From assembly GCA_021806565.1 (NCBI GenBank), contig JAJZXK010000005.1:2555-66554 (forward strand): 64,000 nucleotides of DNA, in the 5' to 3' direction. The DNA is from Bacillota bacterium. Its GTDB lineage: Bacteria > Bacillota > Sulfobacillia > RBS10-35 > JAJYVN01. A program made the position numbers and the translations under genes. Under the pieces are notes generated by a model. It ran no database searches and was not told where the DNA came from. It was given only the letters and a program-made list of their open reading frames with translations. This document shows, piece after piece, positions 45,768-54,551 of this stretch. Within the stretch, counting starts at the first letter, position 1; each line of letters opens with the position of its first letter.

Positions 45768-47134
45768 GCTTCCCCGTCCTCCCCCGCGCCAGCCGGCGCG
45801 GCCGCGGCGCCTTCGTCCCCCGCCGAGCCGGTCGCCTCTGCGGCCACAGCCCCGACCGGCCCCACCCGTTCCGTCATGTAGGTGAAGCCCCTGCCCTGGG
45901 CGAGCCGGCTCTGCAGGCGCCGCCGCGCCTCCGGCCGGTTCAGCCACTCCCGCATCCGGGGCGCATCGCGCCCGGATTCCGCCGCGATCCGGTCGATCTC
46001 CGTGTCCACCACTTCCGCCTCGGGCACCCGCCCGGCGGCCTGCGCGATCGCCTCAAGCACGAGCTGCCGCTTGGCCAGTTGCGCACCCGACTCCCGCACC
46101 TGGGCCCGCGGCCCTCCGGCGCCAGTGGCTTCCTGTTCCGCCAGGATCGCCCGCCACTGCTCCGCGCTGACGCCGATCTCCTGGCGTAGGTTCTCCAGCA
46201 ACTGCTCGACCTGCTCGTCCACCAGCACCTCTGGGACATCGACCTCGCTGGCGTCGGCGATCGCCGTCAGCCACTGCTCCGCAGCCGCCTGGTTGGCGCG
46301 CTGGTCCGCCACCTGCTCCAGTCTATTGCGCAGATCGGCCCGCAACTCCTCCAGCGTGTCGTGCTCGCTGACGTCACGGGCGAAGGCGTCGTCCAGTTCC
46401 GCCAGCTCCGGCCGCTTGAGGTCGGTCAGGGTCACAGAGACCCGGGCCTCCTTGCCTGCCAGGCGCGGCGTGGCCTCCGTCTCAGGGAGGACGAACTTCA
46501 CCTTCGTGGTCGCCCCGGGCATCATCCCCACAACGGCCGCGTCGATCTCGGACCGCAGCGTGCCCGACCCGAGCACGGCCTGCCGCTGCGGCTCCTGGAT
46601 CAGCCCCCCGCCCTCCAGTGTGCCCTGAACATGGAGTTCCACCAGATCCCCGCCCTGAGCCGGACCGTCACATGGGGCCCAGGGGGCGTGGCGCCGCCGC
46701 ATCTGCTCCAACGCCTGATCGACGTCGGCCTCGGCGACCTCGGACACCTGGCGCTCGGGCTTGAGCGCCTCGTAGTCGGGTAGCCGCACCTCCGGTTGCA
46801 CCGGCACCGTCGCGACGAACTCCAGGGGCTCGCCGTCGGCGTAGCGGCGCACATCGATCTGCGCCTGACCGATGGTCGGCACCGCCTGCTGCTCGACGGC
46901 AGCCCGGTAGAAGCGCTGGACCAGAGGATCGAGCGCCTCCTGCAGCACCCGCTCGCGCCCGACCACGCGCTCCACCAGGGAAGCCGGCGCACGGCCCGGC
47001 CGGAAGCCCGGCACACGCACCTGCCGCGCCAGGCGATGCAGCGCCTCGGCGATCTCTGGCGCCATTTCGTCCGGAGCCACCTCGATCTGCAGGCTGACCC
47101 TGCTACCGCTCTCTGGTTCCATGGTTGCCTTCAA
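45764..47134 (-). CDS. tig: trigger factor
   Basis: [10 protein letters not shown] signature, ELDDAFA, position upstream of clpP. Confidence 0.93.
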   Translation of the reverse strand: MKATMEPESGSRVSLQIEVAPDEMAPEIAEALHRLARQVRVPGFRPGRAPASLVERVVGRERVLQEALDPLVQRFYRAAVEQQAVPTIGQAQIDVRRYADGEPLEFVATVPVQPEVRLPDYEALKPERQVSEVAEADVDQALEQMRRRHAPWAPCDGPAQGGDLVELHVQGTLEGGGLIQEPQRQAVLGSGTLRSEIDAAVVGMMPGATTKVKFVLPETEATPRLAGKEARVSVTLTDLKRPELAELDDAFARDVSEHDTLEELRADLRNRLEQVADQRANQAAAEQWLTAIADASEVDVPEVLVDEQVEQLLENLRQEIGVSAEQWRAILAEQEATGAGGPRAQVRESGAQLAKRQLVLEAIAQAAGRVPEAEVVDTEIDRIAAESGRDAPRMREWLNRPEARRRLQSRLAQGRGFTYMTERVGPVGAVAAEATGSAGDEGAAAAPAGAGEDGEA

Positions 47135-47163
47135 ACGTCCGTCGCCCCCAAGCGAAGCAGCGG

Positions 47164-47185
47164 GGGGGCGGCACCTGCCGCCCCC
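47164..47185 (-). terminator. GC-rich hairpin after nuoN
   Basis: GGGGGCGGCA-CC-TGCCGCCCCC. Confidence 0.5.
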
Positions 47186-47229
47186 GCCAGCGCGGTCGCA
47201 CCCGCGGCCGCCGCCCGATTCCCTTCATT

Positions 47230-48666
47230 CTAGCCATGGAGGAATGCGCCGGGCAAGATGCCGATCGCGACCGTCGCCACTGCGGCCAGGCCGGCGACCA
47301 GGGCGACGCCCGTCGGCAGCGGCGCGGCCGGCTCACCGTCGTCCGGCTGCAGCGCCGCCACCACCAACTTGAAGTACGGCACCAGGGCGACCAGCGTCGC
47401 CACCACCACCAGCACCGCCGCCAGCGGCCGCCCGCCGCCGGTCAAGAGCTGCAGCAGCCACAACTTCGCCAGGAACCCGCCGGTCGGCGGCACCCCGGCC
47501 AGCGACAGCAGGCAGATGACGAAGGCCGCCGTCAGCCACGGGTGGCGGCGCCCCAGCCCGGCGAGCGACGCCATGCCGTCCGCGCTGCGTCCATCGCCGA
47601 CGGCCGCAACCACCGCGAATACGCCCAGTGAGGCGACGGCGTAAGCGATCAGGTACAGCAGAGCCACCGGCTCCCAGGCCGGCGGTGCCTGCAGCCCCTG
47701 GACCAGGGCGCAGGTGCACGAGGCCGCCTTGCCACTGACCCAGATCGCCGGCACCAAGAGCGCCAGCACCAATGTACCGGCGTTGGCGATGCCCGAGAAG
47801 GCGAGCAACCGCTTGAGCCCCGGCTGGCGCAGAGCCAACAGATAGCCGACGAACATCGAGACCACGGCGCTGACCAGCAACGCCGCCGCGAACGGCCCCG
47901 ACAGGCCCAGGGCCCCGGCGGCGACCCGCGCCAGGGCGGCGAAGGCTGCCGCCTTGGTGCCCACGGCCATGAAGGCGGTGATGGGGGTCGGCGCCCCCTC
48001 ATAGACGTCCGCCGTCCAAAGCTGCATCGGGGCCAGCGCGAGCTTGAACGCGAGGCCGGCCACCAGTAGCGCCAGCCCGACCGCGCCGAGCGGGCCGTGG
48101 CCGGCCCCCCGCACCGCCGGGCCGATCGCCAGGCTGCCGGTAGCCGCGTAGCTCAGGGCCGCCCCATAGAGCAACAGTCCCGAGCCCAGGCCGCCGAGCA
48201 CGAAATACTTGAAGCCCGCCTCCGCGCCGCGCCCGTCGTGCAGCGCGAACGCCGTCAAGACGTAGAGGGCGAGCGACAGGACCTCGATGCCCAGAAAGAG
48301 CACGATCAGGTTGCCGGCCGCCCCCGCCAGCGCCATGCCGGCGGCCGACCAGAGCACCAGCGCCAGGTAGGCCGACCAGCGCCTGCCCCAGCCCAACGGC
48401 GCGGGTAACACCGTCGCGGCCACCGCCCCGGCGATCGCCACCAGGTCGGTGACCCGCGCCAGCGTGCCGCCGAGCACCGCGCCGTGGAACGCCGCCGGCA
48501 GGCCGCCGCCCGCCAGTGCGGCCGCAGCCGCAGCGGCCAGGACCACGAGCGCCGCCCCCCGCAACAATCCGGCGGCGCCCTCCCAAAACAGGTCCAGCAG
48601 CAGCACGACCACCGCGCCAGCCCCGAGCAGCACCACCGGAGCCGCAACCCCTCCGAGCCCCTGCAT
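47230..48666 (-). CDS. nuoN: NADH-quinone oxidoreductase subunit N
   Basis: EAGFKYFVLG, FKLALAPMQLWTADVYEGAPTP, LSLAGVPP..GF.AK. Confidence 0.92.
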   Translation of the reverse strand: MQGLGGVAAPVVLLGAGAVVVLLLDLFWEGAAGLLRGAALVVLAAAAAAALAGGGLPAAFHGAVLGGTLARVTDLVAIAGAVAATVLPAPLGWGRRWSAYLALVLWSAAGMALAGAAGNLIVLFLGIEVLSLALYVLTAFALHDGRGAEAGFKYFVLGGLGSGLLLYGAALSYAATGSLAIGPAVRGAGHGPLGAVGLALLVAGLAFKLALAPMQLWTADVYEGAPTPITAFMAVGTKAAAFAALARVAAGALGLSGPFAAALLVSAVVSMFVGYLLALRQPGLKRLLAFSGIANAGTLVLALLVPAIWVSGKAASCTCALVQGLQAPPAWEPVALLYLIAYAVASLGVFAVVAAVGDGRSADGMASLAGLGRRHPWLTAAFVICLLSLAGVPPTGGFLAKLWLLQLLTGGGRPLAAVLVVVATLVALVPYFKLVVAALQPDDGEPAAPLPTGVALVAGLAAVATVAIGILPGAFLHG

Positions 48667-48730
48667 CGCTGTGCGGCGGCGCCCCCGGGGGCACCGCCCT
48701 CCCCGCCTTCCCGTAGCGACTAGTCGGCCG

Positions 48731-50173
48731 TCAGACCCGGGCCGCGCGCGCGGATGCCACCGCGGCCGCCACCGCCGGGGCCGCTCGCTGCGGCACCGGA
48801 CGCGGCCAGAGGCCGATCAACACCAGCAGGGCCGCGAGCGGCGCCAGGAGCCAACGCTCGCCGGCGCGCAGATCCGCCACATCCGCCTGCTCCCGCCGTT
48901 GCGGTCCGTGCAGCACCAACTGGATCAGGCGCAGCAGGTAGGCGGCGGCCAGCACCAGCGCCACCCCGCCGACGACCGCCAGCGCGGGGTTATATCGGAA
49001 GATGCCGACCAGCATCCACAACTCGCCGGGGAAGCCGGCCAGGCCGGGCAGACCGAGGGCCGCCATGGCCGCCAGCACCAGCGCCCCCGCCAGGGCCGGA
49101 GCGCTGCGCGCCAACCCGCCCATCTCGGCCAGGGTCACCGGGCCGCCCATGCGCGACTCCAGCATGCCGATCAGCAGAAAGAGGGCCGCCGTGAAGAGGC
49201 CGTGCGCCACCAGTTGGATCACCCCGCCGCTGATGGCCGAGGCACGCGCCGTCGTGAAGGCGATCGCCACCAGACCCAGGTGGCTGACGCTGGAATAGGC
49301 GAGCAGCCGCCGCGGATCGCGCGCGGCCAGGGCGCACAGCCCCCCATACAGGATGCTGACCAATCCGACCGCGATCAGCACCGGGCGCAAGAAGGCCAGT
49401 CCGGCCGGCAGAAGCGGCAGGAGCAGCGCCAGCATCCCGTAGAGTCCCGCCTTGCTCTGCACCGCGGCGACCAGCGCGGCCGCAGGGGCCGGCAGGGAGG
49501 CGTAGGTATCGGCCACCCAACCGTGCAGCGGCCACAGCGGCGTCTTGACGGCGAAGGCGATCATCAGGGCCACCGCGACCGGGACGGCCACCGCGGACGG
49601 CACGTGCCGGCCGGCGCCGAAGCCTCCGGCGACGCCCAGTCCCGGCATGTGGACGCGCATGGCGATCAGGGTCGCCAGGCCCAAGAGCAGCGCCACGCTG
49701 CCGCCGACGTTGTAGAGGAGGAAGCGCCAGGCGGCCTGCCGCGCCCCGGCGCCGCCGAACCCCAACAGGAGGAAGTAGGCGGGGATCAGCATCCCCTCCC
49801 AGAAGATGTAGAACAGCATGAGGTCGCGCGCCAAAAACAAGCCGCTGGCGGCCCCGCCCAGCAGGGTCAGCCAGGCAGTGAAGGCCGGCCCAAGTCGCAG
49901 CCCGGCCAGCGTGCACAGGAAGGTCAGCAGCAAGGTCATGGTGACCAAGAGCCAACTCAGCCCGGAAAGCCCCAGGCTGTAGCGCGCCACGCCGCCGTAC
50001 GGCCCCGACAACCAATGCGCGCTCTCCCCGAGGTGGCCGGCGCCGGGCCAGAGGGCGATGCAAAGCGCCAGAGCGACGCCCGTCGCCGCCGGAGCGAGCC
50101 AGGATACCCTTCGGCCACCGACCGCCACGGCCAGCGCCGCGAGCGCCGGCAGGGCCCAGAGCAGAGTCAGCAA
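48731..50173 (-). CDS. nuoM: NADH-quinone oxidoreductase subunit M
   Basis: FYIFWEGMLIP, AFAVKTPLWPLHGW, AYSSVSH, GLPGLAGFPGE. Confidence 0.92.
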   Translation of the reverse strand: MLTLLWALPALAALAVAVGGRRVSWLAPAATGVALALCIALWPGAGHLGESAHWLSGPYGGVARYSLGLSGLSWLLVTMTLLLTFLCTLAGLRLGPAFTAWLTLLGGAASGLFLARDLMLFYIFWEGMLIPAYFLLLGFGGAGARQAAWRFLLYNVGGSVALLLGLATLIAMRVHMPGLGVAGGFGAGRHVPSAVAVPVAVALMIAFAVKTPLWPLHGWVADTYASLPAPAAALVAAVQSKAGLYGMLALLLPLLPAGLAFLRPVLIAVGLVSILYGGLCALAARDPRRLLAYSSVSHLGLVAIAFTTARASAISGGVIQLVAHGLFTAALFLLIGMLESRMGGPVTLAEMGGLARSAPALAGALVLAAMAALGLPGLAGFPGELWMLVGIFRYNPALAVVGGVALVLAAAYLLRLIQLVLHGPQRREQADVADLRAGERWLLAPLAALLVLIGLWPRPVPQRAAPAVAAAVASARAARV

Positions 50174-50209
50174 GGCCGCACACCCTCCCACAGCCCAACG
50201 GATCGCCCG

Positions 50210-52120
50210 CTAACGCACTCGCAGGGCATACAGCAACACCGCCGCGGTGCCGAGGAACATCGCCAGGGCGTAGCGGCGCACCAGACCCGACTGCCACATC
50301 GAAAGACCCCGGCCGGCCGTGGCGACGGCACCCGCCGCCAGGCCCTCCAGGGCGGGCCGCGCCGCGCCCTCCCAGCCGGACCAAAGCCATTCGGCCAGCG
50401 CGTGGGTCGGACGGATCAGCACCGCCTGCCAGGCCGCCTCCCAACCCCATTCGCCCCTGGCCAGTTCGCCCAGCGGCGAGGCGGTCCAGCCGTCCGCCGC
50501 GGCCGCACCGCTGCGGTAGCGGGCCCAGGCGGCCCCGAAGCCGATCAGGGCCAGCACCGTGGAGATGGCCATGCTCGACGGATCGAGCGCCACCCCCCAG
50601 GCGTGCTGCAGGCCGACCGCCGCCGCACCGCCGACGACGGCCAGCACGGCCAGGACCGCCGTCGGCCAATAGAGACTCGCGCCCGTGGGCGCGTGGGCGG
50701 CGGCGCCGCGCGCCTCCCCGCCGAAGGTCAGGTAGTAGGCGCGGAAGATGTAGAACGGCGTGACCAGCGCCGCCAGGGCCAACAGCAGGTAGGCGGGCAG
50801 GTGGCCGCCGGAAAGCAGCGCCCCCATCACCGCATCCTTGCTCCAGAAGCCCGCAAACGGCGGGATGCCGGCCAGGGCCAGGGCGCCCAGAAGGAAGCCC
50901 CAGCGCGCCAAGGGCAGCACCCGCCCCAGACCGCCGTAGCGCCGCATGTCGCGCTCGTCCCCGGTGGCGTGCATCACGAGGCCGGCGCACATGAACAGGA
51001 GGGCCTTGAAGAAGGCGTGCGTCACCACATGGCTGACCCCGGCGGCGACCGCCCCGAAGGCCACACCGGCGATCATGTAGCCGACCTGGCTCATGGTGGA
51101 GTACGCCAAGAGTCGCTTGAGGTCGTATGCGAACACCGCAGTGACGGCCGCGGCCGCCGCGGTCAGGGCACCCAGATCGCCCGCCACGGCCGCCGCGCCG
51201 GGCGAAGCGGCGAAGATGCCGCGGCAGCGCGCGATCAGGTAGACACCCGCCGTGACCATCGTCGCGGCGTGGATCAGGGCACTCACCGGAGTGGGGCCCT
51301 CCATCGCGTCCGACAGCCACGACTGCAGCGGCAGTTGGGCCGACTTGGCCGCCGCGGCCAAGAACAAAAGCAGGGCCGCCGCTGTCGCCGCGCCGCCATG
51401 GCCGCGCAGCAGGGCCAGACCGTGGGAGCCGAGCACCGTCCCGAAGCCGACACCGCCGACCGCGCGCCAGATGACCGCGATGGCCAGCAGCAGGGCGACG
51501 TCCCCGACGGTGTTCAGCAGAAAGGCCTTGCGGGCCGCGACCACGGCCTCCGGCCGCTGATACCAGAAGCCGATCAGGAGGTAGGAGGCGAAGCCCACCC
51601 CGGCCCAGCCGACGAGCAGTAGCGGCAGGCTGCCGGCGAGCACCAAAAGCAGCATCGCGGCCACAAACAGGTTCATCCCCGCGAAGTACCGCCCGTAGTC
51701 GGCGTCCGACTCCCCGCCCATGTAGGCCAGGGAGTAGACGTGGATCAGAAAGCCCACCCCGGTGATCACCAGCACGAAGACCGTGGAGAGCCCGTCCACC
51801 CAGAGGTCGAGCGGCACCCGCAACCCGCCGCCGGCGCCCCAGACGCCCAGGACGACCCTCGCCCCGCCGTGCAGGGCGCCGTGCGTCCCGAACGGATCCT
51901 GTCCGGCGCCCGGACCGGCCGAGGCCATCGCCACGGCCGCGATGAAGGCACAAAGCACACTACCCGCGCCCACCAAGCCCTGAACCTGGCGCGGCAGGCG
52001 CACCAGAGCCAACAGTGCCGCCCCGGCCAGCGGTAGGAGCAGACAGAGCAACGCACTCAACCCGACGGCAGCGATCGCGGATCCCTCCCCCTGCGCCCCC
52101 GCGCGGGGGCGCCCCGACAT
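50210..52120 (-). CDS. nuoL: NADH-quinone oxidoreductase subunit L
   Basis: KSAQLPL.SWL.DAMEGPTPVSALIHAATMVTAG, HAFFKALLF, GFWSKD. Confidence 0.95.
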   Translation of the reverse strand: MSGRPRAGAQGEGSAIAAVGLSALLCLLLPLAGAALLALVRLPRQVQGLVGAGSVLCAFIAAVAMASAGPGAGQDPFGTHGALHGGARVVLGVWGAGGGLRVPLDLWVDGLSTVFVLVITGVGFLIHVYSLAYMGGESDADYGRYFAGMNLFVAAMLLLVLAGSLPLLLVGWAGVGFASYLLIGFWYQRPEAVVAARKAFLLNTVGDVALLLAIAVIWRAVGGVGFGTVLGSHGLALLRGHGGAATAAALLLFLAAAAKSAQLPLQSWLSDAMEGPTPVSALIHAATMVTAGVYLIARCRGIFAASPGAAAVAGDLGALTAAAAAVTAVFAYDLKRLLAYSTMSQVGYMIAGVAFGAVAAGVSHVVTHAFFKALLFMCAGLVMHATGDERDMRRYGGLGRVLPLARWGFLLGALALAGIPPFAGFWSKDAVMGALLSGGHLPAYLLLALAALVTPFYIFRAYYLTFGGEARGAAAHAPTGASLYWPTAVLAVLAVVGGAAAVGLQHAWGVALDPSSMAISTVLALIGFGAAWARYRSGAAAADGWTASPLGELARGEWGWEAAWQAVLIRPTHALAEWLWSGWEGAARPALEGLAAGAVATAGRGLSMWQSGLVRRYALAMFLGTAAVLLYALRVR

Positions 52121-52139
52121 GCCGCCCCCGCGTCCGCAC

Positions 52140-52442
52140 TCAGCCGCGCAACCACTTCAGCCGGTCGGCGTCCAGGTGCCCCCGGTTGCGGCCGAGCAGC
52201 ACCGCCAGCGCCAGCCCGACGGCCACGTCGGCCGCCGCCACCGTGATCACCACGAAGGTGAAGACCTGCCCGCCAAGGGCGCCGTAGTGTCGTGCCGCCG
52301 CCACCAACGCCAGGTTGGCGGCATTCCACATCAGTTCGATCGCCATCACCATCACCAGCGGGTCCCGGCGCAGCAACACGCCGGCCGCCCCGATCACAAA
52401 CAGCACCCCGCTCAGCCCGAGGTAGGCCGAAAGGTGTGGCAT
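52140..52442 (-). CDS. nuoK: NADH-quinone oxidoreductase subunit K
   Basis: IELMWNAANL, GQVFTFVVITVAAA..AVGLA. Confidence 0.93.
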   Translation of the reverse strand: MPHLSAYLGLSGVLFVIGAAGVLLRRDPLVMVMAIELMWNAANLALVAAARHYGALGGQVFTFVVITVAAADVAVGLALAVLLGRNRGHLDADRLKWLRG

Positions 52443-53050
52443 CAGTCCCGTCCCCCCCCGACCCCGCGGCGCGGATCCATGGCGGCGTGGCTGACGTCCA
52501 GGGCCGGCCCTTCCGGCTCCGCCTCCGGCTCCGTCGGCGGCCGCCGCATCGCCTCGTCGTGGCCGGTGCTGAGCGCCACCACCCCGACGATGGCCGTCAA
52601 CAGCGCCAGGGCCGTAGCCTCAAACGGCAGCAGGTACGGCCCGAACAGCGCCTGGCCGAAGGCACTCACCCCGCCGAAGCCCGCCGGCAGCGCGTGCGGA
52701 TTCGCCCCCGCCGCCCCGGCGCCGGCCGCCAGCAAGAGCACGGCGGCGATCACCACCCCCGCCCCGATCGTCCAGCCGAGCTGGCCCGTCAGCGGCTCCG
52801 GTTCCGCCGGGTCGGGCCGGGTGCGGGCGCTGAGCAGTCCGAGTACGAAGAGGAAAAGGACCATCACCGCCCCGGCGTAGAGCAGGACCTGCACCAGCCC
52901 CAAGAACGGCGCGTGCAGCGTCATATACAGCACGGCCAGGCTGCACAGGTGCACGATCAACCACAGAACGCTGTGCACCGGATGCCGCGCGGTGACCACC
53001 CCGATCGCCGCGGCGACGGCGGCGGCGCCGATGAGCGCGAAGCTGATCAT
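52442..53050 (-). CDS. nuoJ: NADH-quinone oxidoreductase subunit J
   Basis: PVHSVLWL, QVLLYAGAVMVLFLFV, YLLPFE. Confidence 0.92.
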   Translation of the reverse strand: MISFALIGAAAVAAAIGVVTARHPVHSVLWLIVHLCSLAVLYMTLHAPFLGLVQVLLYAGAVMVLFLFVLGLLSARTRPDPAEPEPLTGQLGWTIGAGVVIAAVLLLAAGAGAAGANPHALPAGFGGVSAFGQALFGPYLLPFEATALALLTAIVGVVALSTGHDEAMRRPPTEPEAEPEGPALDVSHAAMDPRRGVGGGRD

Positions 53051-53550
53051 CCGGCCATCTTCCCCCCCGCACCGGCCGGCGGCCGGACCGGTTCCGCCTC
53101 CGGCGCCACCACGGCCGGGTCGGGCACCGTCAACCACCGCTTGTCGACCAGAAAGTCCTCGCGGCGGAAGGCGACGAAATCGTGCCGCGGCGTGAGCTGG
53201 ATCGCGCCCGTCGGGCACGCCTCCTCGCACATGCCGCAGAAGATACAGCGGAGCAGGTCGATCTCGTAGCGCCAGGCGTAGCGCTCCCCGGGCGACACCG
53301 CGGCGTCCGGCGGGTTTTCCGCCGCCTCGACCGTGATGCAGTGCGCCGGGCAGGCCGCCTGGCACAGTTCACAGCCGACGCACTTTTCCAGCCCGCCGTC
53401 GTGGCGGTCCAGGATGTGCAGCCCCCGGAAGCGCTCCGGCACCGGACGCTCCCGCTCGGGGTAGTCCACCGTGACCCGCGGTCGGAACAGGTACCCGAAC
53501 GTCGTCGCGAGCCCGCGCCCCAGCGACCGCACCTGTGAAAGGGCGCCCAT
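53047..53550 (-). CDS. nuoI: NADH-quinone oxidoreductase subunit I
   Basis: CVGCELCQAACP and CIFCGMCEEACP. Confidence 0.95.
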   Translation of the reverse strand: MGALSQVRSLGRGLATTFGYLFRPRVTVDYPERERPVPERFRGLHILDRHDGGLEKCVGCELCQAACPAHCITVEAAENPPDAAVSPGERYAWRYEIDLLRCIFCGMCEEACPTGAIQLTPRHDFVAFRREDFLVDKRWLTVPDPAVVAPEAEPVRPPAGAGGKMAG

Positions 53551-54551
53551 CACCGCCACCCCCCGCCGACCACGAACACCGAGATCCAGATCAGGTTCAG
53601 GAAACCGATCGGCACGAGTACTTTCCAGCCGAACTGCATCAACCGGTCATAGCGGATGCGCGGGAACGTCACGCGGATCCAGATGAACAAGAAGAGGTAC
53701 AGCGCCATCTTGGTCAGGAGCCACCAGACCGACGGGCCGAGCCCGAACGGGCCGTTCCAGCCGCCGAGAAAGAGCAATGCTCCCAGGGCACTGAGCGTAA
53801 ACATGTTGATGTACTCCGCCATGACGAAGCTGGCGAAGCGGAACCCCGAATACTCCGTATGGAACCCCGCGACCAGTTCGCCCTCGGCTTCCGCCAGGTC
53901 GAAGGGCGCCCGGTTGGTCTCGGCCACCGAGCAGATGACGAAGATCACAAAGCCGAGGATGTCGGGGATGAAGGCCCAGGTGTGCAGCGACTGCTGCGCG
54001 ACGAGCCGAGGCAGGCTGAGCGAACCGCCGAGGACCACGGCCGAGATGACGGCCATACCCAGGGCCAGTTCGTAGCTGACCATCTGCGCTGAGGCGCGCA
54101 GGCTGCCCAAGAGCGCATACTTGCTCTGGCTGGCCCAACCGCCCAGGCTGATCCCATACACGCCGAGCGAGGCGACCGCGAGCACGAAGAGCAGGCCCGT
54201 GCTGGGATTGGCGATGGAAAGCGGCAGTAAGAAGCCGCCGATGTGAAGTGCCGGCCCGAGCGGGATCACGGCGAAGGCGGCCAGGGCGACAAACAGCGTC
54301 AGGGCGGGTGCGACGTGGAAGACCAGACCGTCCGCCGCCAGCGGCTGGGCGTCCTCCTTGGCCAGCATCTTCAGCGCGTCGGCCAGCGGCTGCAAAAGAC
54401 CCCACGGGCCGACGCGCACCGGGCCCCAGCGCAACTGAAAGTAGCCGATGACCTTGCGCTCCATCACCATGAAATAGGCGAAGGCGCTCATCAGCAACAC
54501 AATCAGGATGACGGACCGGACCAATACGTAGCCGAGCGACATGCCGTTCAA
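53550..54551 (-). CDS. nuoH: NADH-quinone oxidoreductase subunit H
   Basis: ERKV, GPWGLLQPLADALK, AETNRAPFDL.EAE.ELVAG..TEYSG. Confidence 0.96.
   Translation of the reverse strand: MNGMSLGYVLVRSVILIVLLMSAFAYFMVMERKVIGYFQLRWGPVRVGPWGLLQPLADALKMLAKEDAQPLAADGLVFHVAPALTLFVALAAFAVIPLGPALHIGGFLLPLSIANPSTGLLFVLAVASLGVYGISLGGWASQSKYALLGSLRASAQMVSYELALGMAVISAVVLGGSLSLPRLVAQQSLHTWAFIPDILGFVIFVICSVAETNRAPFDLAEAEGELVAGFHTEYSGFRFASFVMAEYINMFTLSALGALLFLGGWNGPFGLGPSVWWLLTKMALYLFLFIWIRVTFPRIRYDRLMQFGWKVLVPIGFLNLIWISVFVVGGGWR

Noticed and set aside
47134-47230. Expected tRNA genes upstream of tig
   Set aside because: The gap is only 95 bp and has a hairpin but no cloverleaf or T-loop motif.
48449-51622. Very long antisense or alternative-frame ORFs (e.g. 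1057 aa at 48449, 1119 aa at 35438, 987 aa at 48990)
   Set aside because: Shadow ORFs of real genes in high-GC DNA. They are Arg/Pro/Gly-rich with no motifs.
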